A stretch of 64,000 nucleotides of DNA from Candidatus Omnitrophota bacterium. Lineage in GTDB: Bacteria > Omnitrophota > Gorgyraeia > Zapsychrales > Fredricksoniimonadaceae. Below, piece after piece: positions 1 through 9,472 of this stretch. Positions within the stretch are counted from its first letter, which is position 1, and the number at the start of each line of letters is the position of its first letter. The position numbers and the translations under genes are program-made. Where the stretch lies: contig JADFXH010000007.1 in NCBI GenBank assembly GCA_015233675.1, positions 44,162-108,161 of the forward strand, in the 5' to 3' direction. The notes below the pieces were generated by a model, which did no database searches, was not told the DNA's origin, and saw nothing but the letters and a program-made list of their open reading frames with translations.

Positions 1-1570
1 CAACCCTCTTGGCCTGGAAAATATCAGCAATCAATAAAGATCCGATTGCCGAATCAGGGCTGTAATATCCCAAAGGGATACGACGCTTATCCTGATCAAA
101 GAATTCCAGACCGTGCAGGGTCGTTCCATGCACCAATTCCCTGACCCCGTCTTTGGGATTATCAAAAACTTCATAAATACCATAATAATTCCTTTTTTTG
201 ATTATAAAATGAACTTTCTGCCAAATTGACTCAAGCCAAGGAGCCAGAAAAATAATCCCGATTAAAACAAATGCAAACAACTTTTTATCTGAGGCCAAAC
301 CTAAAAACGAAACCCAGACTGTAACCCATAATAAAGCAAACGACCACAAATGATACCCATTAACAAAGTTGGGCCATACAAAAAATGCTGCCACCAACAG
401 CAAAACACAAAGGCTACCCTGCCAAAAAGGCAGTCTTTTAGACGGCTGAGGTACCATTAGCGCCACCAACAATAACCCTGCTAAATATTCTATCAGGGTG
501 TTAGATATCCAGGGAATGATCCAGCTAGTAAGCATCCCGCCTAAAAAACCTCCCAGAGATATCATCACATAAAACAATGTCATCTGGGCACTCGAAGAAG
601 GTTTGGATTGAATCAGCTGATGTTGAGTGTACATGCAGATAAAAAACAAAAACGCGCACAGCAAGACAATAACAAGAATGACCGGCAATAGATGTTTTTG
701 GGACATAAAATACATCATGGCCGCAAACCCAATGATAGGCCCGATATAACGGACAATCCACAGAGGACACCAGGGTTTTTTCTTAAAGTTCAGAATAAAA
801 GCCATCAAATAAATTCCCAAAGGAATAATCCATAGCAAGGGCACCGGAGCCACTTCATAAGTAATGATATTAGTAACAGACATAAACATCACGACACCTG
901 CCGCCCCTAAGCAAAGCCAACGCAGAATTTGGCTTATAGCTACCGGAACAGCTTCCGACACGGACTGCTTCTCCAAGTGACGCCCATCTGTTTTGACCAT
1001 GCGCCAAGCCCACAAATTAGTAAAGGCCAAAACAAGATATAAGATTCGCCAAATTTGCAATTGTTCCGTGTTTGTCAAATACCGCTCAAAAACAAACGGG
1101 TAGGTCAAAAGCGCCGCGAAGGACCCTAAATTTGATATCGCATAAAGGCCATAAGGGTTATTGCGCTCTTTTAAGAAAGAATCGGCCAGCCAGCTTTGGG
1201 TCACCAGGCTCATGGTTGACAGTACAAAAAAGACCGGACCGATGGTAACTATTAAACGCCAAAATATGTCTAACACCAAAACCAAGGGAAGACTGCCAAA
1301 TGAAAAATGAAAATCGCGTAAAGGGAAGAACAAAAGCGGAATGAATAAAAGCAATAAATGCACTTTTAAATAGGACGACGTGCCTAAACGCCTCAAAAAA
1401 GTATGGGCAAAAACATAGCCTGCAAGCAAAACCGCCTGAAAAAAAACAATGCATGCCCCCCAAACCAAATAACTGCCGCCGTAATTAGGCAGGAATAACT
1501 TAGCTATGATAAGCTCGATTTGAAATAATAAAAAAGCCGAAAGAAAAGTAGGTATGATCAATAAAGCCAT
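1..1570 (-). CDS. polytopic membrane protein with spermidine-synthase-like domain (partial; C-terminus lies beyond window edge)
   Basis: Reverse frame is open from the ATG at 1568-1570 to position 1. It is absent from the ORF track because it has no stop in the window. Hand translation gives MALLIIPTFLSAFLLFQIELIIAKLFLPNYGGSYLVWGACIVFFQAVLLAGYVFAH..., many hydrophobic spans, then RNYYGIYEV...LVHGTTLHGLEF...GYYSPDSAIG. This is the pattern of membrane-fused spermidine-synthase-family proteins. Confidence 0.6.
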   Translation of the reverse strand, partial: MALLIIPTFLSAFLLFQIELIIAKLFLPNYGGSYLVWGACIVFFQAVLLAGYVFAHTFLRRLGTSSYLKVHLLLLFIPLLFFPLRDFHFSFGSLPLVLVLDIFWRLIVTIGPVFFVLSTMSLVTQSWLADSFLKERNNPYGLYAISNLGSFAALLTYPFVFERYLTNTEQLQIWRILYLVLAFTNLWAWRMVKTDGRHLEKQSVSEAVPVAISQILRWLCLGAAGVVMFMSVTNIITYEVAPVPLLWIIPLGIYLMAFILNFKKKPWCPLWIVRYIGPIIGFAAMMYFMSQKHLLPVILVIVLLCAFLFFICMYTQHQLIQSKPSSSAQMTLFYVMISLGGFLGGMLTSWIIPWISNTLIEYLAGLLLVALMVPQPSKRLPFWQGSLCVLLLVAAFFVWPNFVNGYHLWSFALLWVTVWVSFLGLASDKKLFAFVLIGIIFLAPWLESIWQKVHFIIKKRNYYGIYEVFDNPKDGVRELVHGTTLHGLEFFDQDKRRIPLGYYSPDSAIGSLLIADIFQAKRV

Positions 1571-1583
1571 GGGCACATAATAA

Positions 1584-2843
1584 ATGCAAATAGACCCTTT
1601 GTCATTGAAAAAAAATTCATTAACTGATAAAATCCAAAAAATGAGAATTTCGCGCCAATTTAAAAAACGTCATCTTCGAACGCGTGTCATCAATAAAATT
1701 GAAGAAATTTCACCCGAAGAATTCAACAAAGTATTCCCCCATGTCCCGGAAAGATACCATTTTCTCAAGACTTTAGACGAATCTAAATTTGGCCAATTTT
1801 CATTTTATTATATCCTTGTTTATACGCGTAAACAACCAGGCCCTCATCCCAGACACTCACAGCTGCCAGCCGGACATTCGTCCTTACTCGTTGGCATTGC
1901 ACCGTGCTTTACAGTAAACTATTCTCTGGATACCAGCATCAACGGCCCCTTGCGCCAATTTTCAAATTCAATCAAAAAAACATTTCCCAATCTCTTTAGC
2001 ATTAAAGCCCTGGTATGCGGCATCCCCATGGGCCAGGGGCAGATGGGAATTCTTCGCGGCTATTCAGGGGTCCTTAAGGCCATTGAAGAACGCATGGAAG
2101 CACTGGCACGCAAAATTCATGTTCCTATCATTGCCTTCAAAGACTTTGACCAATCGTATGACGATCTCTTTAATCCTCTGCTAAAAAATGATTTTCTGAA
2201 AATTGACAGTTTGCCTATGACCCGGCTTGCGCTCGACTTTTCTAATTTTGAAGAATATTTAAAGTCCCTCAGCGGCCCCACCCGCTATGATTTCAGAAGA
2301 AAAATTAAAAAAGCCTCAAGCATTAAAATTGAATCAAGCATGGAAACCCACCTTGACGACGACACTCTCAATGAAGTTTACGACTTGTACCTTCAAGCCG
2401 TTGAGACGCACGATATGGGCTTTGAAATCGTCCCTAAGGATTTTTTTCGTTTAATCTCAAAGAATATGCCCCAAGAAACTAAATTTTTCCTGTGGAAGAT
2501 CAATGGCAAGTTGGTTGCATTTGTATTCTGCCTTGTTTCAGAAGATATTTTGCTCGATTATTATCTGGGATTTGACTATACTCCGGCCCATGAATACCAT
2601 CTGTATTTTATTAAATTTAAAGAAATTTTGAACTGGTGCCTGGCCAATAACATTAAAACCTACGAAATGGGCGCCACAGGCTATGAGCCTAAACGCCGTC
2701 TCGGATTTGATTTTGTACCGGTCTATCTTTATGTCAAAATCCGTTATAAAATACTGCGTTTTTGTTTAAAATGTTTATGCGCACTTCTTAAATTCGAAAA
2801 CTTTGACCCGGAAATTAGGCGATGGAAAAAATCACAAAAATAA
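1584..2843 (+). CDS. FemAB/GNAT-like acyltransferase (Acetyltransf_6-type)
   Basis: 419-aa ORF. The C-terminal half (YDFRRKIKK, FFLWKINGKLVAFVFCL, HLYFIKFKEILNWC, YEMGATGYEPKRRLGF) resembles FemAB-family/GNAT acyltransferases. It is divergent from the membrane protein at 1-1570. The start could instead be 1644 (MRISRQF). Confidence 0.45.
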   Translation: MQIDPLSLKKNSLTDKIQKMRISRQFKKRHLRTRVINKIEEISPEEFNKVFPHVPERYHFLKTLDESKFGQFSFYYILVYTRKQPGPHPRHSQLPAGHSSLLVGIAPCFTVNYSLDTSINGPLRQFSNSIKKTFPNLFSIKALVCGIPMGQGQMGILRGYSGVLKAIEERMEALARKIHVPIIAFKDFDQSYDDLFNPLLKNDFLKIDSLPMTRLALDFSNFEEYLKSLSGPTRYDFRRKIKKASSIKIESSMETHLDDDTLNEVYDLYLQAVETHDMGFEIVPKDFFRLISKNMPQETKFFLWKINGKLVAFVFCLVSEDILLDYYLGFDYTPAHEYHLYFIKFKEILNWCLANNIKTYEMGATGYEPKRRLGFDFVPVYLYVKIRYKILRFCLKCLCALLKFENFDPEIRRWKKSQK

Positions 2844-3298
2844 ACCAGCTGCCCGTTAAAATATTCCTGTTAATCATTGCCAATGACCTGCTGGACACAT
2901 TAGCCCAGCTGTTAATGAAAAAAGGTTTAGGGCTTTGTGATTTAAGCAGTGTAGCCTCTTACTTTCAGCATCTCTTTAATTTTTCGAATCCTCATATATT
3001 CCTGTTTTGGATAGGACTCGGCATATATCTTTCCAATTTCTTTTTATGGATGAAGGTCCTTTCAAACACAGATCTAAGCGTTGCCCTTCCCTTGGCCAGC
3101 AGCAGCTATATTTTAATACCGTTTGCAGCGGTTTTCTTTCTACATGAATTTGTCAAGCCCATACGATGGCTGGGGCTGGTTTTGATCGTATTTGGGATAT
3201 ACTTTATCTCCAAAAGCAAACCCTCAGATTTATTAACACCCTCACCTGACCTCCCCTGTCAAGGGGAAGGAATAAACATAGGTGACACTCATGAATAA
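2822..3298 (+). CDS. small EamA/SMR-like (ArnE/ArnF-type) 4-TM transporter subunit
   Basis: 158-aa hydrophobic ORF with about 4 TM spans. It is paired with a similar ORF immediately downstream. Its last ~15 codons (SPDLPCQGEGINIG) read through a short hairpin repeat. Confidence 0.45.
   Translation: MEKITKINQLPVKIFLLIIANDLLDTLAQLLMKKGLGLCDLSSVASYFQHLFNFSNPHIFLFWIGLGIYLSNFFLWMKVLSNTDLSVALPLASSSYILIPFAAVFFLHEFVKPIRWLGLVLIVFGIYFISKSKPSDLLTPSPDLPCQGEGINIGDTHE
3252..3277. repeat. degenerate copy of the C-rich/G-rich hairpin repeat with GGAATAAA tail
   Basis: TCCCCT-GTCA-AGGGGA (6-bp stem, 3252-3267) is followed by AGGAATAAAC. It sits at the junction of the two small transporter genes and is translated as the tail of the first. 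Confidence 0.5.
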
Positions 3299-3662
3299 AA
3301 CCATCACCCTTGTTCTTATCGCCGAATTCTGGATAACTATCGGACAGGTTTGTTTCAAAAAAAGCGCCAATCGCCTCAACGCTCAAGAAACTGACGGAAA
3401 ATCATGGATTATGCATTTACTGGGATCTGTATTTAGCTACCCCACGCTGTGGATAGGGGCAACTGCGATACTGGTGGGAATGCTCTTTTGGTTCGCGGCC
3501 TTGAGCAGCGGTGAATTAAATTCTGTCTATCTGCTTGGAAGCATCCAGTACATCTTCGCACTTTTCGCCGCGCATTATTTCCTGCATGAAAAAATCAATA
3601 AGACTAAATTAATCGGGACCTTATTGATCACTCTGGGTATTATTTTAACTGCGGCCAGCTAA
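3291..3662 (+). CDS. small EamA/SMR-like (ArnE/ArnF-type) 4-TM transporter subunit
   Basis: Hydrophobic 4-TM ORF. The ATG at 3291 is preceded by AGGTGA with a 5-nt spacer. The ORF-track start at 3282 is a GTG. Confidence 0.45.
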   Translation: MNKTITLVLIAEFWITIGQVCFKKSANRLNAQETDGKSWIMHLLGSVFSYPTLWIGATAILVGMLFWFAALSSGELNSVYLLGSIQYIFALFAAHYFLHEKINKTKLIGTLLITLGIILTAAS

Positions 3663-5057
3663 TGCTTTTTGTAAGGCTTCTTCGAAGAGCATTAATGACA
3701 AATCTATTTCTTCTTCGGTGATATAAAGCGAAGGCGCCAGGGTGAAAACATTTTTATAATATCCTCCGATATCGAGAACTAACCCGCGTTTTTTACCGCC
3801 GGCCTGTAGATCTCCTTTTAACCCGATGTTCATGATCTTATCGGTCAACTCACGGTTTGGCGTGAAAGAATCTTTTTGGCACATTTCAATACGCAACGCA
3901 AGCCCTAAACCGTCCACATTTCCGATATAAGGATATTTTTTTTGCAAGGCTTGAAGTTTTTTAAGAAAATACGCGCCCTTTTTTGGGACTTCCTCATCAA
4001 AGTTTGACTCTTCGATAAGGTTCATGACCGCAAGGCCGGCAGCTGTACCCAGCGGATTAGAAGAAAATGTCGAATGGGTCATGCCCGGCCCGAAAACTTC
4101 CGGCGAAATAAGCTCTTCCTTGGCCCAAATCCCTGAAATAGGATTAAGGCCATTTGTAAGCGCTTTACCAAATACTATGATATCAGGCACCACATCAAAA
4201 TGCTCAATGGCCCATAACTTGCCGGTGCGGTAAAATCCCATCTGTATTTCATCCGAGACAAATAATACATGATGTTTATCGAGGGTCTTCTTTAATTCCT
4301 TAAAATAATTCATAGGCGGGACGATGTATCCGCCGGTAGCTTGTACAGGCTCGACAAAAAAAGCGCCGTATTCACAATTTTTATTTTTAGGGTTGACGAC
4401 CGAATAATATTCCGATTCAAACAATTTCTGGAACGACTTTAAGCAAGAAAGATCACAGCAGGAGTCTTTCGAATGGCTGGCCGAACAGCGAAAACGGTAG
4501 GGATAAGGGATAAAATGGGCCCTGTCAGAAAAATGGCCGTAGTGTTCCCGGTAACGATAGCTGGAAGTAATAGCCGTTGCCGCCAGCGTGCGACCGTGAT
4601 AACCGCCCATAAAAGCAAAAACCGGGATCTTGCCCGTAAAATTACGAACCACTTTAATGGCATCTTCAACAGCCTGCGCTCCCCCGACGTTAAAATGAAC
4701 CCTTCCTTTGACACCAAATTTCTTTTCAATATCCTGGGAGATCTTTGCGGCTAAACGAATTTTTTCTTCATGCAAATATTGACAGGCTAATTGCGGCAGG
4801 GTATCGATCTGCTTTTTAAGAACATCATTAAGTCGTTTATTCTTATAACCAAAATTAGCTGCGGAATACCACATCTGCAAATCCAGATATTCCACACCTT
4901 GAGAGTCATATAAATAAATGCCTTCTGCTTCACGAAAAATATTCAACTGTTTGGCATAATGGACTGTATCGCCCCAGGAGCAGTATTTTGACTCCAAGGC
5001 CAATAGTTGCTCGTCATTCATCTGATCCATGTTTTGTTCAGTGCTTTTTTTGACCAT
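3645..5057 (-). CDS. class-III (PLP-dependent) aminotransferase
   Basis: 470 aa. It carries GGYHGRT, DEIQMGFYRTGKLWAIEHFDVVPDIIVFGKALTNG (PLP lysine context) and THSTFSSNPLG, motifs typical of the acetylornithine/GABA aminotransferase family. Confidence 0.8.
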   Translation of the reverse strand: MVKKSTEQNMDQMNDEQLLALESKYCSWGDTVHYAKQLNIFREAEGIYLYDSQGVEYLDLQMWYSAANFGYKNKRLNDVLKKQIDTLPQLACQYLHEEKIRLAAKISQDIEKKFGVKGRVHFNVGGAQAVEDAIKVVRNFTGKIPVFAFMGGYHGRTLAATAITSSYRYREHYGHFSDRAHFIPYPYRFRCSASHSKDSCCDLSCLKSFQKLFESEYYSVVNPKNKNCEYGAFFVEPVQATGGYIVPPMNYFKELKKTLDKHHVLFVSDEIQMGFYRTGKLWAIEHFDVVPDIIVFGKALTNGLNPISGIWAKEELISPEVFGPGMTHSTFSSNPLGTAAGLAVMNLIEESNFDEEVPKKGAYFLKKLQALQKKYPYIGNVDGLGLALRIEMCQKDSFTPNRELTDKIMNIGLKGDLQAGGKKRGLVLDIGGYYKNVFTLAPSLYITEEEIDLSLMLFEEALQKALAGRS

Positions 5058-5766
5058 GGATCAGCAACTCCTGAAAATAATGATGCACGTCCCCCAAATT
5101 CTTGTAAGCAATGCAAGGCAATTCTTCCTTTGTCATAAAACGCAATAAATTATCCTTGGCAAATACAATGTCCGAAACACGCGCCGGACAAAAATCCGAA
5201 CGACCATCCCCGACGAAAACAATCACTTTATTCTCTGTCTTGTCTTTGGTTAAATGGATCTTTTTGCAGTGAGCGCAGGTAAGGCAAAAAGGGTTGTCAT
5301 AAGGGAAAGACGGAATGATATGATCACGATAGAAACGCAAGGCATTGCCATAAACCTTCAAATCTTTGATGCCCTGATACTTTAAAATCCACTCAATGAT
5401 ATAAGAAAAATTATCACTCAAAATAACCGGCTTGATTCCTTCCCGGACAAGCAGCGCCAAAAGATGGTGAAAATGAGGGTCAAGTTCAACGTTCTTAAGG
5501 AATTTATGTAAAGCGCTTTTAGTGACCCGAACATTCCTTAACTGCCCTTCAAGGCATTCCTTGGTACCAATTTTTTCTTCATGCCATGCCTTTTCCAAGA
5601 CCATCCATTGATCGTTGATAGAAAAACGCCGGATAACATCATCCAACACGTCTGAGGTGGTCATGGTATTGTCAAAATCAAGAAAAACACGGCAATTAGA
5701 TAAGACGATTGGTGATTTTGACTGCAGTTTTGACTCTAATTGATTGAGACGGTTAATAAATGGCAT
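5038..5766 (-). CDS. HAD-superfamily phosphatase (MtnX/PSP-like)
   Basis: FLDFDNTMT (DxDxT motif I), ILSDN (motif II-like) and VGDGRSDFCPA (motif IV). It overlaps the aminotransferase start by 20 nt. Confidence 0.65.
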   Translation of the reverse strand: MPFINRLNQLESKLQSKSPIVLSNCRVFLDFDNTMTTSDVLDDVIRRFSINDQWMVLEKAWHEEKIGTKECLEGQLRNVRVTKSALHKFLKNVELDPHFHHLLALLVREGIKPVILSDNFSYIIEWILKYQGIKDLKVYGNALRFYRDHIIPSFPYDNPFCLTCAHCKKIHLTKDKTENKVIVFVGDGRSDFCPARVSDIVFAKDNLLRFMTKEELPCIAYKNLGDVHHYFQELLIHGQKKH

Positions 5767-5772
5767 ATTATT

Positions 5773-6660
5773 TTATGCGAGATTGGGCTGTCCGGAGAAA
5801 AATCGCTGCATGTGCATGGCCACCGTATTGCGTTCCTGGTCAGCGGTTATGATATGGTAAGAATTATGTAAAAGGACCAATTCTTTACGATCGGATCTAA
5901 CCCGGTTATAAATAAACTGGGAATTGCGTTCACTGCTCATATCGTCATGCTTGGCCTGAATGAGCTGGACAGGCACGGAAATGCTCTGCAAACGGCCGCT
6001 TAAATATTTGACCAATTTTTCCAGCTGATACAGCAAGGTCAAAGGGAAAAATGGGTATCCATATTGATGGACTTGCTCCATATTATTCAAATCAGCTTTG
6101 CTATAAAATTCATGAATACGACGGCGAACAGCTTCATTCTTAATCCCGTAAGGCGGTTCTTCCTTAAAATAGAAAAAATATTTCAAAGGGGTTTTATATG
6201 CCAACGGCAGAAAAAAACTATACCATGGCGTATTCCAACCGTCATAAAATAAAGTAGGCGAAAGGCAGCTGACACCGGCAATTTCAGCCTTAAATTCATC
6301 TGCCAAAAGCAGGGCCAATAAAGCCCCCATTGAAAGGCCTCCGGCGTAAATGTGCTTGTACTGGCCGCGGATTTTAAGATAAGACTGACGGACCGTCTGA
6401 TAAAAATCCTGCCATTTGCTCATTTGAAGTATGTGGATCGGAGCCCCGTGATTAGCTAAACGCGGGCAATATACAGCATAACCCTGGCGGTTTAAATAAT
6501 TGGCCAAAAATCTCATTTCATGGGGCGTGCCTGTCATGCCGTGAATAAGAATGATGGCCTCTTGGTTTTGGCCCGGTAATTCGAACCCATTATCAGGCAG
6601 ATCTAGTTTTTCAGAAGGCCTGAATAAATTTTTTAAATTAACAGAAAATCTGACTGCCAT
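5773..6660 (-). CDS. alpha/beta-fold hydrolase (esterase/lipase-type)
   Basis: ILIHGMTGTPHEM oxyanion region, nucleophile elbow GGLSMGA, and a C-terminal NSYHIIT histidine region. Confidence 0.7.
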   Translation of the reverse strand: MAVRFSVNLKNLFRPSEKLDLPDNGFELPGQNQEAIILIHGMTGTPHEMRFLANYLNRQGYAVYCPRLANHGAPIHILQMSKWQDFYQTVRQSYLKIRGQYKHIYAGGLSMGALLALLLADEFKAEIAGVSCLSPTLFYDGWNTPWYSFFLPLAYKTPLKYFFYFKEEPPYGIKNEAVRRRIHEFYSKADLNNMEQVHQYGYPFFPLTLLYQLEKLVKYLSGRLQSISVPVQLIQAKHDDMSSERNSQFIYNRVRSDRKELVLLHNSYHIITADQERNTVAMHMQRFFSGQPNLA

Positions 6661-6665
6661 AATTT

Positions 6666-6914
6666 TTACTTTCCCTCTTTTTGAGAGGCAATATAATCCA
6701 CTATACTTTTAACAGTCTTGGCTTCATAAAGGGCCGCATCCGGAATTTTGATATCAAATTTTTCTTCCAGTTCAAATGCAACTTCCACCGATCCAAAAGA
6801 ATCCACTCCCAAATCTTCAACCAAGCGCGAATCCAAATTAATACGATCCGCCCCCATGGCTAATTGTTTGGCTAAAACTTCTTTGACTGTCGCTTCGACT
6901 TCGCTATAGGTCAT
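6666..6914 (-). CDS. acyl carrier protein
   Basis: 82 aa, acidic, with an LGVDSFGSVE phosphopantetheine-attachment serine motif. It lies directly downstream of the KAS gene. Confidence 0.85.
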   Translation of the reverse strand: MTYSEVEATVKEVLAKQLAMGADRINLDSRLVEDLGVDSFGSVEVAFELEEKFDIKIPDAALYEAKTVKSIVDYIASQKEGK

Positions 6915-6919
6915 AAAGA

Positions 6920-8167
6920 TTAACCTCCCTTAAAATCTGAAAAAACAATACAGGCGTTGCAATTACCGAATCCAAATGAATTGGATAAAACCGTATTCAA
7001 TGGGGCACGGCGTCCTTCTAACGGAACATAGTCCAAGTCACATTCCGGATCACGGTCCTTAAGATTGATCGTGGGCGGAATGAATTTATTCTTGATGGCT
7101 AATGCACAAACTACCGCTTCAATCCCTCCTGCGGCCCCGAGGCTGTGACCGATCATGGATTTCGTCGAAGAGACCGGTATTTTATAAGCTTGCTGTCCAA
7201 ACAAGTTCTTAATAGCCTTGGTCTCCGCACGGTCATTAGCCACTGTTGATGTTGCATGGGCATTTATATAATCTACTTTCGCCGGGTCTGCGTCTGCATC
7301 CTTGAGGGCATCAGCCATAACTCGAGTTGCGTCCTCACCGGTTATATCAGGCATGACCATATGTCGTGCCCCAGAATTGCTGGCATACCCGATCACTTCA
7401 GCATAAATCGGAGCATTTCTCTTAAGAGCATGGCTTAATTCTTCCAAAATTAACCCGCCGCCACCTTCACTCAAAACAAAGCCGTCGCGTTGTAAATCAA
7501 AAGGACGAGAAGCTTGGCTTGGAACATCATTTTTCTTAGAAACTACTCTTAACGCGCAATACGCTCCAAAATTTAAACGTGTCAGAGGGGCTTCAACTCC
7601 TCCGGTCACGCAAATATCCATATCGCCCCACTGAATTTTACGAAAAGCTTCTCCAACAGCATGACTGGAAGAGGCACAGGCTGTCGAGATCACCATGTTA
7701 GGTCCCAAAAGGCCATACATAATAGCAATATGGCTGGACACTGCATTAGGAGAAATTCTAGGAACCGAAGAAGGGTTGATTCGGTTTGCGCCCTTCTCAA
7801 GAATCGCCGCCATCTGTTCTTCGTGGAACATCATTCCGCCCAAACCGGAACCAATGACGACCCCAATCCTATGCTTATCTTCTTTTTCTAAATCTAACTG
7901 GCTGTCTTGCATGGCCATCTTGGTACAAGCCAAACCAAAATGGACAAATCTGTCGACCTTTTTAACCATCTCTGCAGGCATGAATTGGCTGGGGTCAAAA
8001 TTCCTGATCTCCCCGGCTATTTTTGTATCAAAGACATCCGTGTTAAAGCCGGTAATATTAACTATCCCTGAACGGCCTTCAACATTAGCCTGCCAAAAAT
8101 TATCTTTACCGACACCATTGCAAGCAACAACCCCTAAACCTGTAATAACCACACGCCGTTTATTCAT
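6920..8167 (-). CDS. fabF: beta-ketoacyl-ACP synthase II
   Basis: 415 aa. RVVITGLGVV N-terminus, active-site ISTACASSSHAVGEA, INAHATST and GHSLGAAG motifs. Confidence 0.85.
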   Translation of the reverse strand: MNKRRVVITGLGVVACNGVGKDNFWQANVEGRSGIVNITGFNTDVFDTKIAGEIRNFDPSQFMPAEMVKKVDRFVHFGLACTKMAMQDSQLDLEKEDKHRIGVVIGSGLGGMMFHEEQMAAILEKGANRINPSSVPRISPNAVSSHIAIMYGLLGPNMVISTACASSSHAVGEAFRKIQWGDMDICVTGGVEAPLTRLNFGAYCALRVVSKKNDVPSQASRPFDLQRDGFVLSEGGGGLILEELSHALKRNAPIYAEVIGYASNSGARHMVMPDITGEDATRVMADALKDADADPAKVDYINAHATSTVANDRAETKAIKNLFGQQAYKIPVSSTKSMIGHSLGAAGGIEAVVCALAIKNKFIPPTINLKDRDPECDLDYVPLEGRRAPLNTVLSNSFGFGNCNACIVFSDFKGG

Positions 8168-8357
8168 TGTGAAAGAACCCTGACTAATTTATATATTTTA
8201 ATATAATTCTTGTTAAAACCAGATTAGTTGATAATTATAAATTTTTAATACCCTTTTCCAAAACCATTATTAACCCTAAGACGCAACTGCCTTGTATAAA
8301 CAGGGTGATACTATATCACAATAATGGCAAAAAAGAGGAAAATTTTTGTAATAATAA

Positions 8358-8786
8358 TCAAAACTTAAAATTTGCCCCGTTTGCCGTTAAACTTGGCTCA
8401 TCATCAACTGTGCTTTCGGCACCGTCTGGGTTGAGCGATGCCATTAAATTTTCTTTATTTATCCATTTTTTCATTTGATCTTCACTTAAAATTTTGCTTA
8501 ATTTCTCATATTCATTCTCTTTTAAACCCTTTAAAGTGCTTTTGACAGCAACATGATCAACAATTCCCTGGCCTGCAACCTCATGTAAAACAGCCTCATG
8601 CTTGACCAGATAATCTTTAATAATTGGTCTTATGCCTGAAGCTTGACTGTCAGTCAACCTCAGCTCTGTTTTCATTTTATTAATCTTATAATCAACTGTT
8701 GACCAAACGTCCTCATCTTGCGCAAATAAAGAGACGTTTTGGACAATTAACAAGGACAAAACACATGCTAAACATTTGCGGATCAT
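8358..8786 (-). CDS. secreted hypothetical protein
   Basis: N-terminal signal-like sequence MIRKCLACVLSLLIVQNVSLFAQ. The mature part is helical and charged. No family was recognised. Confidence 0.4.
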   Translation of the reverse strand: MIRKCLACVLSLLIVQNVSLFAQDEDVWSTVDYKINKMKTELRLTDSQASGIRPIIKDYLVKHEAVLHEVAGQGIVDHVAVKSTLKGLKENEYEKLSKILSEDQMKKWINKENLMASLNPDGAESTVDDEPSLTANGANFKF

Positions 8787-8811
8787 ACCGATTACCTCAA
8801 AATTAAGCAGG

Positions 8812-9069
8812 CTATTTATTTTTTTTATCCCAATTCTTGGGGTTTAAATTAGGCATAAACCACTTGGACCCATTCTTGATCCAGCGTTGGCGAAACTTTT
8901 CAAAAACCGCAGGTTCATTGCCTCCGTCAAATCCAAATTCGAAACCACAACAGGGACAAATCTCATGCGACGGCTCGTTGCTTGAGCTGAAAGCCGCTTC
9001 ACCAAGTCCATCGAAGCCGCATACCGGACAAAAATGTTTTTTATTCAAAATTCCAATCCTCCTTATCAT
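8812..9069 (-). CDS. CPCC-family cysteine-rich small protein
   Basis: CPVCGF ... CPCCGFEFG pattern followed by FRQRW. Confidence 0.6.
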   Translation of the reverse strand: MIRRIGILNKKHFCPVCGFDGLGEAAFSSSNEPSHEICPCCGFEFGFDGGNEPAVFEKFRQRWIKNGSKWFMPNLNPKNWDKKNK

Positions 9070-9088
9070 TGCAGAGTCCTCTGCAATG

Positions 9089-9472
9089 TCATTGGGAAGC
9101 CCAATATCTATAATCTGTCTTAAAATAAGTCCGGATCCGGCCTCTTTTGGTCATCACAGCGAATTCGCCGGTGCTTAGCCTAAAATGCTCAATGTCCCCA
9201 TTGTTAGGCCTGATCTTTTCTAAAATATCTCCTTTAGCAGGAGCATCTAAAAGCGCCCGGGCGCCCTGCAAATATTGTTCCTGGGTGATCTCTCCGAATT
9301 GATAGCCGTGTTTCAAATAATGGGCCTCTAATTGTCCCGGAGCAAAATTACCCGCCTTGACACCGGCAAGATCCCAAGCCGCAAGATCCGGCTGAAAACA
9401 CAAAGGCACAGAAATACCGATAACAATAAATAACAACAAACCAAGAATAAATCTACATCTCAAATTACTCAT
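9089..9472 (-). CDS. membrane-anchored/secreted hypothetical protein
   Basis: N-terminal hydrophobic anchor FILGLLLFIVIGISVPLCF. It has a 4-nt overlap with the upstream dehydrogenase gene. No family was recognised. Confidence 0.4.
   Translation of the reverse strand: MSNLRCRFILGLLLFIVIGISVPLCFQPDLAAWDLAGVKAGNFAPGQLEAHYLKHGYQFGEITQEQYLQGARALLDAPAKGDILEKIRPNNGDIEHFRLSTGEFAVMTKRGRIRTYFKTDYRYWASQ

Noticed and set aside
7695-8183. 162-aa plus-strand ORF inside the fabF region
   Set aside because: It is entirely antisense to a motif-rich KAS II gene and has low-complexity, unrecognisable sequence. It is a typical shadow ORF.
8358-8786. Calling the secreted 142-aa protein a Spy/CpxP-family chaperone
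   Set aside because: Only one loose LTxxQ-like motif (LRLTDSQ) was seen, which is insufficient.
9089-9472. Toxin-like nuclease call for the 127-aa anchored protein (HYLKHGYQF motif)
   Set aside because: This rests on a single short motif recalled from memory. There is no immunity-gene context or other support.
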